DNA of 64,000 bases, taken from Eledone cirrhosa (lineage: Eukaryota). The translations under genes were made by a program, and so were the position numbers. Below the pieces are notes generated by a model. It saw only the letters and a list, made by a program, of their open reading frames with translations, made no database searches and was not told the origin of the DNA. Positions 25,845 through 40,162 of the stretch are shown piece after piece (positions within the stretch are counted from its first letter, which is position 1; every line of letters starts with the position of its first letter). Where the stretch lies: the NCBI GenBank assembly GCA_964016885.1, contig OZ024743.1, positions 199,268,001 to 199,332,000 of the forward strand, in the 5' to 3' direction.

Positions 25845-25914
25845 AATATATATATATAGGCCGAATTTGCTTGCAAACCGCCAGAGACTCGATTTTACTA
25901 AATTTTCAATTATG

Positions 25915-26043
<129 letters not shown>

Positions 26044-26166
26044 ATATATATATATTTATAATGTAGCTTCTCGCTACAACAATTTTTATACTTTTCATTT
26101 ATATATATATATTTATATGTATAAATATATATATTTATATGTATATATGTATATATATATTTATAT

Positions 26167-26289
<123 letters not shown>

Positions 26290-26314
26290 CATATATATAT
26301 ATATATATACACAC

Positions 26315-26453
<139 letters not shown>

Positions 26454-26780
26454 TAAATTAGCGAGAATCGTTTTCAGCTCAGGAATTAACGAAAATCAAC
26501 GTCCGATATGTGTGGCAAGCGCTCGATGAATCATATGAATCAGAGCTACAACATACGTTAAGGGCCAAACACACTGAGATGATGGTTAAACATATCATCC
26601 GCACAGCCAAAACAAAACGACCAAGTAATTCGGGTCAAACAATAAAAATATGTGTTGATACTTTCCCGGACCCTGGACTGATGGTAAAATCCAGTATTGG
26701 TTTCTGCGACTCCAAATCAGGTACTGTCCACCTACATAAAGAATGTTGGGCTTCAGGTAAGATGATGAACAAGGCAGTCG

Positions 26781-27072
<292 letters not shown>

Positions 27073-27305
27073 TAGAAACACACAGATACATGCGGACACA
27101 CACATATATACATGAATGCATCCGCACCCAACTGTGAGTTAAGGGTGCCAACTTCACCGATGTTGCTCAATGAATGACTGGGACAGACCAATTCAGTTTG
27201 AACCAGACTGAACCAGTATCAGAGTTAAAAATACATTATGAAGAGAGAAGAAACATTTAGATATAATTAGTAATAAAATGTATCATACCTAAACTGCTCC
27301 TAAAT

Positions 27306-27393
27306 TCCTCGACTACGTAGTTTCGTGGCATAAACAAAAACAATATATCAAAGATATAGAGTCCTTGCGAGGTCTGCCAACTTATCAAGAGGA
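27306..27393 (-). ncRNA. type I hammerhead ribozyme, U3-A8 core variant (left-arm copy)
   Basis: Reverse complement of 27729-27816. Confidence 0.7.
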
Positions 27394-27728
27394 TACCTCA
27401 TTTTACTAGTCTCAAGAACGCGTCTACACGACGTGAGAAAGAATCCCAAAAGGCGGAGGGGGAGATAGTCACTCCCTCTGGTCGAGCAATCTTTGAAGTG
27501 TGGGGACAACTGGAAAGCTTCCATTACTCATACTTCTCGCCTTCTTCACTACCTCTTCTACGGCCTCGATATGAATACCCCCTCCGCCTCCGTGGTATTT
27601 TCTTCGTGGTTATAAGAGGCTTAGCTCTGTTTCTCGACCGTTATATCGCGTGACTATCTCCCCCTCCGCCTTTTGGGATTCTTTCTCACGTCGTGTAGAC
27701 GCGTTCTTGAGACTAGTAAAATGAGGTA

Positions 27729-27816
27729 TCCTCTTGATAAGTTGGCAGACCTCGCAAGGACTCTATATCTTTGATATATTGTTTTTGTTTATGCCACGAA
27801 ACTACGTAGTCGAGGA
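27729..27816 (+). ncRNA. type I hammerhead ribozyme, U3-A8 core variant (right-arm copy)
   Basis: Stem I UCCUC/GAGGA, core UUGAUAA, stem II GUUGGCA/UGCCAC with a long loop, GAAA, palindromic stem III ACUACGUAGU, and a GUC cleavage triplet ending at 27811. Confidence 0.7.
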
Positions 27817-27885
27817 ATTTAGGAGCAGTTTAGGTATGATACATTTTATTACTAATTATATCTAAATGTTCCTTCTCTCTTCATA

Positions 27886-28433
<548 letters not shown>

Positions 28434-28439
28434 TATATA

Positions 28440-28974
28440 TATATAAGTATGTATACGTACATACATATAAGTATACAGACGTACAGTAGTATGTATATAT
28501 ATATACATACATGCATATATATATATGTACGTATGGATTCACTGAACACTTATTATAATGCTCGGTGTGTTTGTAAACGAAGTTTCGTTTCATTTTTTCT
28601 GTTTATCGTTTTCAGTACCCCGGCTGATTAACTCACTCGATATGCAAATTAGGCTGCTCAGCCGTTAATATGCATAAGGAAAGTATATACTTTCAGACGT
28701 TCAACCATCTGTCAGGAAGGTATATATTGCTGACGATAGCTAATAAGCTTGAAATTAGTACAGTGTTCCTTTGTCAGTGTTGAACAAATGAGCAACAATG
28801 GTTGCTAGACACTGTACGGCTTAATTCGGGATGTTTGTTTACAAACACACCGAGCATTATAATAAATGCTCGGTGAATCCATACGTACATGTATATATGT
28901 GTGCATGTATGTATATATATACATACTACTGTACGTCTGTATACATATATGTATGTACGTATACATACTTATAT
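28440..28974. mobile_element. foldback element with ~140-bp inverted arms and an internal minimal hammerhead
   Basis: ATATAAGTATGTATACGTAC...CGGTGTGTTTGTAAAC is mirrored by GTTTACAAACACACCG...GTACGTATACATACTTATAT. Confidence 0.8.
28725..28765 (+). ncRNA. minimal type I hammerhead-like motif
   Basis: UAUUG-CUGACGA-U-AGCU-AAUA-AGCU-U-GAAA-UUAG-UA-CAGUG. Stem I pairs with two GU wobbles. Confidence 0.55.
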
Positions 28975-29027
28975 TTAAATAACAGCCGTACTAAGAGTGA
29001 GAAATGAAATTTCGTTTCAATTTTTCC

Positions 29028-29070
<43 letters not shown>

Positions 29071-29466
29071 ATATATACATGTATATACACACATTCACAC
29101 ACATAAACAATGTACACATTCACATTTGCACATTTGTATATGCATGCACATATACAGACACATACGCATTCTCAAATATACAGAGGTATCCAGCATAGCT
29201 GCCTGAAGAGGTATAGATCTGAAATATACTGTGCTGAGTATATCTGTGACGAAATAGATAAACTAACAACAGATACAATAATAAAACTGATATAACATAT
29301 AGGGTAGTTTGTGTGAGATAAGAAGTAGCAAAGCTGGTGTGAAGATAAGTCTAACAAAGAGCTGATAAGACTGAGTATATATGGTATAGTGGTTATATAT
29401 ATTACACATATATGTGTACACTCATATATGTATTGTTCTCTCTCTATTTGCCTATATATACATACA

Positions 29467-29535
<69 letters not shown>

Positions 29536-29636
29536 GAGAGGGTGAGAGTGAGAGAAAGAGAAGGAGAGAAATATATGAATATATGTATATATATGAGTGC
29601 ATATATATGTATGTGTCTGTGTTAAATAGAATATTT

Positions 29637-29682
<46 letters not shown>

Positions 29683-30016
29683 TTATACATATATGCATAC
29701 TTGTATATATATATATATATATGCATACATGTAGGTATATATGTGTGTGTGTATGTGCATATATATATATACATACATCATATTTGTATTTGATTTTCAA
29801 TATACTTGCTGTGAAATTTTGTGTTTCAACATGATATTTTACACATTTTTATACATTGGTAGTGTTATGTTGCCAATAAAGAAAGAAATACAAACATAAA
29901 CACAGCAGTAAGTTTCACTTCAGTTTTATTATTAGTCAGGTAACTAATCCATTACTTAGTTCATTTATTAACCAGATGTTTATTTAATTGTCATATTTAG
30001 CAAAGTTTTTTTGACA

Positions 30017-30246
30017 CACATGTGATGCACATGGAAGCTGACAGCTGGGTGAAGAAATGTCAAGAAATCCCAGTGGAAGGAATACCGCGAAAAACATAGG
30101 TGAAGGTTGTGAGAGCTGACCCTAGATTGCTGAAGCTCACAAAAGAGATGACAAAGGACTGTGACAAATGGAGAGATGCTGTGCTGAAGACAACCTGTTC
30201 CACCCATGCAAGTAAGGAAAGGCGGACATAAAATGATGATGATGAT
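30017..30246 (+). mobile_element. RTE 3' fragment (short-tail subfamily)
   Basis: Encodes HVMHMEADSWVKKCQEIPVEG..., ending GGCGGACATAAAATGATGAT. Related to 62060-62457 and 48780-48935. Confidence 0.8.
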
Positions 30247-30332
30247 AATTCTGTGACCTTCTCAATGATTATTCTTGCAACTTTGTGCCACATAGTTAGT
30301 TTGCTTTTGCTTTATTTACTTCCTCTCCATAT

Positions 30333-31401
30333 TATCATCATCATCATCATCATCATCGTTTAATGTCCATCTTCCATGCTTGCATGGGTTTGGATGGGAG
30401 TTTTCCCACTTGAGGCAAGATTTGTTGTCCTGCTCATATAGGACTGGATGCCTTCCTAACACCAACCACGTTTACAATTTGAACTGGGAGGGTTTTACCA
30501 TGTTACCTACACGGCCACATTACAGCGTAGACTGTGTGTTTTTTTGTTGTGACACTTACACATCTGGCAGGTTTTCTACGGTTGGGTACCCTTCCCAACA
30601 CCAACCATGTTTACAGTGTGGACTGGGAGGTTTTTACCGTGTTACCTACACGGCAACATTACAGCGTGGACTGTGTTTTTTTGTCGTAACACCTAAACGA
30701 CCTCATTTGTTTCGGACTGGATGTTGTGGTACCAACATAACTTCACATTTAATGGGTTGGTGTGGATGGGGTGGGGGTAGTGGGACGGGGGTGTATTTTG
30801 TTAGTGGTGCCTACTGACTGTAGGTTTCGCTTTGTACTTAGGCAAAGCGGGTCTTCTGTATGACTGTGTAGCGCCAAAGATCTCGGTCCAGTGACATTGT
30901 CTTGGAGAGGTGTAAGTGTGTGAGGTCGGAATTTATCAAGTCGTCCCAGGTTTTTCTGGGTCTGCCTACTCCGTGGCTACCGTCTATTTTTATCGCCCTG
31001 CACTTTTTTATGCAGCTGTCGTCTTTCATGCGCATCACGTGACCATACCAACGTAGTCTTCTCTCGAGTAAACAACATCTGATCCCTCTTATTCCTAATT
31101 TCTCCCTTAGTTCGTTTATGCTTTGCCGTTCACGTATATTACTATTACACATCCAGCGGAGCATGCAAGCTTTGTTCCTCTCTAATCTGCATATATCCTC
31201 TACACACAATGCCCAGGTCTCACTGCCATGCAACATTGCTGTTCGTATGCAGGCATCATACAGCCTGCCTTTCATTTTTAGAGAGAACCCTTTAGAGGCC
31301 AATAGTGGTATAAGCTCTCTGAACTTTTTCCATCCCGTTCTGACTCTAGCTACTGTACTTTCAGAGCACCCTCCCCCACTGCTGATTTTGTCACCCAGGT
31401 T
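30333..31401 (-). mobile_element. 5'-truncated RTE LINE, sister subfamily of the 21-25 kb element
   Basis: The [39 protein letters not shown] closely matches the C-terminus of 22641..24605. It has a longer 3' UTR and a (GAT)n tail. Confidence 0.92.
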
Positions 31402-31448
31402 CGCTATTACTATAGAACGGAAGGTGTTCACTATTTCTATAGAAAAAG

Positions 31449-31488
<40 letters not shown>

Positions 31489-31514
31489 TTAAATATGTAT
31501 ATATATATATGTAC

Positions 31515-31569
<55 letters not shown>

Positions 31570-31920
31570 CATAAATATATATATATATATACATAAATAT
31601 ATACATACATATTTATATATACATATGTATACATATACTTATGTATATATGCACATATATATATGTGTGTGTGTGTGTGTGCATGTGTGTGTGTGTGCAT
31701 GTGAAATACAAATATATCAGCAATAATTATCAGCCCCCACCCCTGCAGCCTCTGTGTTATCCCTCAAATGGAGCCCCGTTTCTTGCATACCATCTACTTG
31801 GCACAATTTTGAACATCCACAGGAGAGATGCTAGCTTTTTATATATCTTGTCATAATCATCATTTCTCAAACATGATGTCTTAGAATGTTTCTATGGTTG
31901 TCAACCATTTGGATTAATTC

Positions 31921-32119
31921 TTAACCCTTTAGCATACATTACTCTATATTTACTATTTTTATGGTAAAGGCTTTATCTTACATAATATCGAATCTACGTT
32001 ATTTTGATGTTATTTATTTTGAGAAAAATACGTTAACATCAGTATGAGCAGCCGGTTTGAACAGAAAGAGGTGAGAAAATTCTGGCCAGACTCAGCCAGT
32101 TTAAATGCTGAATGGTTAA
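31921..32119. mobile_element. piggyBac-type MITE
   Basis: TTAA-CCCTTTAGCAT ... AATGCTGAATGG-TTAA. Confidence 0.75.
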
Positions 32120-32164
32120 AGCTATCTTTGTTACTTATCACTCATCATTGCACCATGAATGTGT

Positions 32165-32400
32165 AAGCTTCATGATTAGGGTGTTTGGCTCACCCTTGTA
32201 AAGTCATGAGTTCAAATCCTAGCAGTGTGTTATGTCCTTGAGCAAGATATATATTTCACTTGGCTCCATTCCACTCAGCTAGCAAAAATAACTTTTATCT
32301 GTAATTCAAATGTCCATCATTGTCACACACTGCATTATCTGAAATATGTTAAGGGGTAATGTGTCTGTGAAATTCTCAACCATCTACAAAAAGGTTATTC
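32165..32400 (+). mobile_element. degenerate CORE-SINE (type C)
   Basis: GAGTTCAAATCC B box followed by TGTCCTTGAGCAAGA..CCACTCAGCT. Confidence 0.7.
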
Positions 32401-32547
32401 TGTTCCAAAAACTAGAAATTTTGTTGCCAGAACTATCATTGGTCAAACACATCAGCAGAGGTACATCCCACATGTCTATACAGTGATGGATACCACTCCT
32501 AATACCATACACATATATTCATGTGACATCGTCTCATCTATTCCTCC

Positions 32548-32848
32548 TTAACCCTTTAGCATTTACATTACTCTATATTTACTATTATATTTTCACAGTA
32601 ACCGCTTTACCTCACATAATGTCTCACATAGCATTTACATTACTCTATATTTACTATCGTATTTTCACAGTAATCACTTTACCTTACATAATTATCTCAC
32701 ATAACATCGAATCTATAAGATTTTGATATGATTTATTTTGAGAACAATACCTTAACATCAGTATGAGTGGCCAGTTACTGTTGGTTTGAACAGAAAGAGG
32801 TGACAGAATTCTGGCCGGATATTGCCTGTTTAAATTCGAAAGGGTTAA
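32548..32848. mobile_element. piggyBac-type MITE with internal duplication
   Basis: TTAA-CCCTTTAGCATTTA ... TAAATTCGAAAGGG-TTAA. Same family as 31921-32119 and 35501-35681. Confidence 0.8.
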
Positions 32849-33164
32849 TGATGCATCTGCATATCTCTGGATTATATCCTTTGGTAGACATAACCACTTA
32901 AATATTATGATACCCTCCCATTTATAAAGTCAACAAAAAATGTTTTGATCAAGTGAAAATTAGAATTAATTGTAATAAAATGGCACCCCTTTCCCTTGGT
33001 ACCCTAAACATGGGCTTACTTTGCTTTATGGTTAATCCAGTCCTACAATTGCATTTTTGTAAAAACCACTGTTTATTCATACTTTGCAGTTGCCAAGGAT
33101 CAATACTTTATGAACATGCACAAACATGACATACACACACACTTACAAAATCCTGCACCCACTA

Positions 33165-33215
<51 letters not shown>

Positions 33216-33287
33216 TCTGTATATGCATATATATATATATATATGCATATATTTATATATATATATGTATATAGGTATATATGTATG

Positions 33288-33381
<94 letters not shown>

Positions 33382-34589
33382 CATATTCTATATATAGTTC
33401 TATATACCTTTATGTGTGTGAGAGAAAGAATGTGAACAATTACATTACATCTTCACTTTTCTGTATAATAGAATAAATACTCAACCTTTAATTATCTTAA
33501 ATTAGATATTGCATATTGTCATTGTTTATGATTATCAAGCAATCATGTTGTTTTTTCCTATTATTAATGATATCATTATATTATTAATTATTATTGCTAT
33601 TATCTTATTCCTATTTATCATATTTTGTTATTAGTATTCTTATCATTAATAACATTGCTCCCGTATATATTCATTATGTATCTATTTATTTATTTATATT
33701 ATCCACTTTTACTTTCACTTTACATCAATTAAGACTAAATAGTTTTGCTTTGTTTCCCCAAGATAGAATACAATATAAAGACAGTCTTCAAGCTAATTGT
33801 TTATAATTACAAATTTATTTCCTATAATCTGCTTCTATGTATTTTAAACATATGATTATTGACATTTTTCTTTTTGTTTCTTCGATAATCAAAGAAAGGG
33901 AAAGTACATTCTTAAAGTGGCACTAAATTGATATTCTTGAAGTGATGTTCTTTACAGTGTATTCTTAAAGTGACACAAGGAATATAATATTTCAGAATCT
34001 GAGAAGAAGAATCCTGACAGCTAAGATTATACATTAAAAATCACTTCGTACATTCTCATTAAAATAGAACTATTCACACACACACACATACACACACTCT
34101 CTCTCTCTCACGCACACCCACACACACATGATGATGATATATATACATATATGTGGGTGTGTGTGTGAGTGTGTGTATGCATGTATGTATTGTATACTGT
34201 TGTTATCTTTTGTTTAAAAACTGTAACACACACACACATATATATATATGGTGGCTGCCAACTCGTTTTCGAGTACGGCCACTACTTTATATCCATGTAG
34301 GAGAACCCCTACCGATGCGCTGAATGAGTGTGACTTTTTAGTTCAGCCAGCGACTTGAAAACTCTGGTTCAAACACTACACTTGTGACAATTATTGACAC
34401 ATAGTGCTGGGCCCATGGTACCATGTGATGACAAGTGCAGAGAGATCTCCAGATATAAAGCAATGCCTGTGCCGTGAAGCTTTTATAGTGAGCAAAGGCA
34501 CTGCACAAAGCCAGTCCCACTCTCTTAACCAAGATGATATTTACCAAAAAGAAGAACAAGTCAACATCATTGGATACCATCAGGGTTGA

Positions 34590-34858
34590 AGGTGTTATAT
34601 CAGAGTTTTCCTTCTCCTAGAATTCTGCCTTGACAAAGGCTAAGGGGTCATCTCTCCCAGTGATTTTAGATGGCCATTGACTCTTAAGAGCTCCTTTGCC
34701 CTTTGATAGGTTTTGTTTTTAGTCCTGCAGGATGTCCAAAGTCACCCTCCTCACCAAGAAACCTTGGTGGGGTTGCCAGTTTAGTCGCCAACGACCCGAC
34801 CATGGGACAGGTTGTACTGGGATACATGTTACCAGTAGCACCAACTGGTGACCTGACA
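34590..34858 (-). mobile_element. RTE-type 5' UTR fragment
   Basis: The minus strand has GGGAGAGATGACCCCTTAGCC..AAGGCA..CTAGGAGAAGGAAAACTCTGA, a motif recognised from RTE 5' regions. Confidence 0.55.
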
Positions 34859-34896
34859 CATATACATATATATATATATGACATATATACATATAC

Positions 34897-34929
<33 letters not shown>

Positions 34930-35199
34930 CACACAATATGTAAACAATATATCGATGAGTTGTATTGTAAAGGAGAAACACAAATAAATCTTTGTTTAAA
35001 CATTTTCATTGTCATTATCGTCATCTTTTAACATCTACATTTTCATGTTAGCATAGGTTAGACATAAATGAATATAGATAATAACATGAATTTATGCCTT
35101 GACACTTCAAAACAAGCTGAACCTCATTTACCAATGTGCAGATGAAAATAATATGAAATCCTGTGCATTAAAATTTAGTTCTTCATTACTCACAAAACA

Positions 35200-36165
35200 C
35201 ATTATTTGACCCCAGATAACAATAATTCATTGTGCTAATGACATATGGGACTTAGGAAATTATCAGGTCAAATAATGTATTTTTTATCAGACACATCATC
35301 AAATGAACCTCTAAATGCAGACGTTTCATGGGATGAATCCTATAAATCTTCTTAACAAGAGAACAAATAGTCATGTTAACTCTATGGATAACATCAGTTC
35401 TGAGCTGACCATATACCTGCTCACAGCTTTGGCCTCCAAACAAACTCAGTATCATAGAAGAAATTGAAGGGTTACTGAGAAAATTTACTAGTAATATAAC
35501 TTAACCAATTAGCATTTAAACCGGCCATATCCAGCCTCCCATACTGATATTAAGGTATTATTCTCAAAATAAATAATATAAAAATCTCATAGGTTCAATA
35601 TTATATGAGATAGTAATGTGAGATAAAGTATTTACTGTAAAACCACAATAGCATACAGTAATATAAATGCTAAAGGGTTAAGTCACATGCCTTAATTATT
35701 GGGAATGTCTGACAGCTCTGTGTCTCTACTCTCTTGAATGAAAATAAATATATACTGTTATTTGCATATGGAACATCTTGGTAGGGTATGTTCCAAACTT
35801 CAGCTCTAAAAGAATTTTAATGCATGAATCAGTTGATACTACCAGCTACCAAACATAATATACAGTGTATTTTATCAGTTTGATATTTAGAGGTCCTAAA
35901 ATGTTCAACTGCCTATCTAAAGAAATCAGAAATATAAAAAGGACTTTTATAAAAACATGACAAAAAGCATTGGATGAACTCCTAACTACGATGCTAGACC
36001 AGCCAACTACTCAATGATCCGCTAAAGAAAGAGAGCTGCTACAAACTATTATAGATCAATTCCAACCATAAAACTACAACAAAACTGAAAGAAAATAAAC
36101 TAAAGCAATGCTCCAGCATGGTCGTAGTCAAACAATTGAAATAATGAAAAATATAAAAGAATAAG
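35200..36165 (+). mobile_element. old CR1-group LINE 3' fragment interrupted by a MITE
   Basis: Degenerate translation CSQLWPPNKLSIIEEIEGLLRKFTSNI / NYWECLTALCLYSLE / IWNILVGYVPNF. It ends GCTCCAGCATGGTCGTAGTC..AAAAGAATA. Confidence 0.75.
35501..35681. mobile_element. piggyBac-type MITE
   Basis: TTAA-CCAATTAGCATTTA ... TAAATGCTAAAGGG-TTAA. It splits the CR1-like reading frame. Confidence 0.8.
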
Positions 36166-37185
36166 GAACACACATGCACACATATATAATATGATATATG
36201 AACAGTGTATTAAGAAAAAGTAGATAACATTTTTTGAAGTTTGAAGAAACATTTATTATACAATATGGCCTCTAACACATGTTTCATTACAGTTATGCAA
36301 TCACCTATGAAAGTTGGATTATAAAGAGTAGAGAAAAAAGTATACTTTTGCTATGTCACAATCACAACCACTTTACAGTCCATATATGAGATATTTTTAT
36401 ATGCCATTTTGCTAACATAGAGCCTAATATCTTCAATACATTAATCTACCCCCTATCCATGTTTCATCAACACAGGCTAACAAGTTATTCCTTAGGCTAA
36501 TGCCAAGTTTCAATACTGCTACACCTCTTGTTTTTGTCACCATAGTCACAGTAGTTGTAGTTATGTGTTCATCTCTTTTGGATGCCAATCTTACTGTTGT
36601 TACATTCGCTTCATGTCTGTCATTTTAATTCTGCCATTGTTAAACTTGCTTTGTTTTGTTTTGCAATATTATTTTACTTTTTACAATTACCATTTTAATT
36701 GTTATTGCTGCAGCATTTTTTGTGTTTACCACTTTTTTTTTTAAATTGCCATCACAAAATATACCTTTATTTATTTATTTATTATTATTATTTTTTTTGC
36801 TACTGTTCCTTCATGCCTGCTAGAATTGTTATCACCTAAAGTCACTGCCGCCATCACCATCTTATTCTTTCTCTTCTTCATCATCTTCTTCTCCTCCTCT
36901 TCCTCATATCGGTTCTCACCTATTCTTGCTGTCATCAGGTCTCAGTAAATTCTGATGACTTTTACAGAGTCAGCCGGCAGCAAATCCGCAAATTTCTTTT
37001 CTAGCTTGCCACTGAAAAGCAACGGACTAAAACTTTCAACCTTCTGTTATAGTATGTGTATGTTATGTGTGTATGGATGGATGGATGGATGGGTAGATGG
37101 GATGGTGGCTTCTGGTGATGAGAGATAGAGAAAAAGAAAGAGAGAATGAATCGTTAGGAGTTGCTTTCTCCCTTGACTTTCATAG

Positions 37186-37343
37186 CTCCTCCAATTTCAA
37201 AGTAACAAGAAGAAAAGGAAAACAAAAATGCAAATCACGCCTGCTTTACCAGCTATTCAGTCCAAAATTGCGGAGCCTGAAAACAAACGTCTGACGTTGT
37301 CAACAACCAATAGTAATGATGATCATAATATCAATAATGATAA

Positions 37344-37381
<38 letters not shown>

Positions 37382-37407
37382 ACAGCAACAATGATAATGA
37401 TGTGTAG
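37186..37407 (+). other. candidate host terminal exon
   Basis: Acceptor TTGCTTTCTCCCTTGACTTTCATAG is followed by an open frame LLQFQSNKKKRKTKMQITPALPAIQSKIAEPENKRLTLSTTNSND...DV*. No recognisable domain. Confidence 0.25.
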
Positions 37408-37949
37408 GAGGAGGAGGAGGGGGGAGAGGACAACAACAATAACAATAATAATTATTATAATGATGTAAAAAATATTTGTGATGATGATGATGATGATGAT
37501 GATGAGGAGGAGGAGGATAATGATGATGATGGTGAGGATGGTGAGGATGAGGATGGCAATTGTGTTGTTGCTGCTACTGACTATCACAATAAAAATAATG
37601 ACTATAATAATGATGTCAATAATGAATGAATATATTGATGATAATGATAATGATGATGACAACGATGATGATGATGAGGAAGAGGAGGTGGATTTTCGTT
37701 AAAACAAGAACTAGAATATAAAAAAAAAACAGTATCCTCAATAATAATAACAATAAATAATAAAAAAATAAAAAAACCAAAAGATAAAAAAAAAATGGAT
37801 TTTTATTGTTCTTTTTTCTTTTTAAATGTCTTTCCCTTCTAAAAAAATGTCTTTCGTACAAATGGCGGGAAAAAACAAATATAGAAATAAGAGGAAAAAC
37901 ACGATGCAACAGAAACAACATGAAGAGCAACACCAATAAGAATAATACC

Positions 37950-37991
<42 letters not shown>

Positions 37992-38508
37992 TAATGTCCC
38001 TCAAAATATACAAAAATATGGAAAAATGACCAGGAATTTTTCTGTGAAAGCATTGTGTTGTATGCAGAAAATAGCTATTGTATTCTTTAAATAATAATAA
38101 TAATAATAATAATAATCAAGATGATGATGACGATGACAACGCTGCTGTACCTGGTGATGATGATGATGATGATGATGATGATGTTGTTGATGAGGATGAA
38201 ATGTAAAGACTCTTCTGTGGAAGAAAGAAATAAAATCCCTGAAATGAACCACAATAATAACGACTTACACATACAGAAACAGACATAGACCAACTCACTC
38301 ACACACACACACACACACATGCACACAGAGAAGCAAGCACACAAACTCTTAAGATGCATAACAAATAAACATATATAATTGTATCACCCATATATACACA
38401 TACACACAGACACAGTCATCGACATAATCACATATATACACATATATATATACATATATATATACATATATACACATATATATATATACATATTTATATA
38501 TGTATATA

Positions 38509-38565
<57 letters not shown>

Positions 38566-38585
38566 GTGTATATATATATATATGC

Positions 38586-38626
<41 letters not shown>

Positions 38627-38718
38627 TGTATATATAAATATGCATATATATATATATGCATATATATATATGCATATATATATATATATAAGCATACACA
38701 AACAGGCATACATATACA

Positions 38719-38760
<42 letters not shown>

Positions 38761-38838
38761 CACATATAGTTATACATATATATATATATATATAGACACT
38801 GACAGACATACACAGCATGTAGAAAGAGACATAGAGAG

Positions 38839-38880
<42 letters not shown>

Positions 38881-39196
38881 AAAACAGAAAGGTAGAAAAC
38901 AGTAAAGTCTTCATGCTGAATTTCTTTAGAACTAACACAAAGAAGAGTAAATTAAGCCGAAATAAATGGATTAGCAGAAGCACACGAATAACGCTTTATC
39001 AAAAATTGGCTTAAATTCCAGAACTTGTTCCATTACCTGGTAGACAATGGCACTGACCAGCCTTCGCAACAGTCGGTCGTTTCAACAGAACACCGGTATC
39101 CAAATAAAGGAGTCTCTGGTTGGCTGGTTGGGGTGTGTTGGATGGTTGAATGGTGTGAAAGTTGAGAATAGAAGAAAGTGATGGAGAGGAGGAAAG

Positions 39197-39810
39197 AGTA
39201 GTGGTGGTGGTGGTGGTGGTGGTGGTGGTGGGGGTGGCAATGGGAACTGGAATGATGGTGTCGGTGGTGGTGGTGGTGGTAGTTGTGGTGGTGGTGGTGG
39301 TGGTAGTTGTGGTGGTGGTGGTGGTGGTGATGGTGGCGGTGGTGGTGATGGTGGCGGTGGTTGTGTTGGTGGTTGTGGTGGTGGTGGTGGTGGTAGTTGT
39401 GGTGGTGGTGGTGGTGGTGGTGATGGTGGCGGTGGTTGTGTTGGTGGTGGTGGTTGTGGTGGTGGTGGTGGTGGTTGTGGTGGTTGTGGTGGTGATGGTG
39501 GCGGTGGTGGTGGTTGTGGTGGTGGTGGTGGTGGTTGTGTTGGTTGTGGTGATGGTGGTGGTGGTTGTGTTGGTTGTGGTGGTGGTAGTGGTGGCAGTGG
39601 TGGTGATGGTGGTGCCAGTGGTGGTGGTTGTGTTGGTTGTGGTGGTGATGGTGGCAGTGGTGATGGTGGTGATGTTGGTGGTGGTTGTGTTGGTTGTGGT
39701 GGTGGGGGTGGTGGCAGTGGTGGTGATGGTGGTGGCAGTGGTGGTGGTTGTGTTGGTTGTGGTGGTGATGGTGGCAGTGGTGATGGTGGTGGCGGTGGTG
39801 GTGGTGGTGG
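39197..39810. repeat. degenerate (GGT)n repeat with higher-order units
   Basis: Directly visible; it produces the poly-Thr, poly-Pro and poly-Val ORFs. Confidence 0.9.
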
Positions 39811-40040
39811 TGTTGTCATCAGAGGAAGACATTGTATTTTCTTTGTTTATTTGTCTGTATGTCTGTGTCCCTGTTTGTGTATGTATGCATGGATGTACGT
39901 ATGCATGACTACATGTGCAGGTATGTATGTATATATGATGTATACATATATATATGTATGTATATGTATATATATATGTATATATGTATGCTGTATGTAT
40001 ATATGTATATATGTACGTATATGTATATATAGGTTGTATG

Positions 40041-40116
<76 letters not shown>

Positions 40117-40129
40117 ATGTATGTATATG

Positions 40130-40162
<33 letters not shown>

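Noticed and set aside
26460-26775. 102-aa ORF in non-repetitive-looking sequence
   Set aside because: It has no motif, runs into a SINE fragment, and probably belongs to an unclassified DNA transposon remnant.
29200-29260. CTGAAGAG...GAAAT hammerhead-like words
   Set aside because: No convincing stem I, stem III or cleavage triplet.
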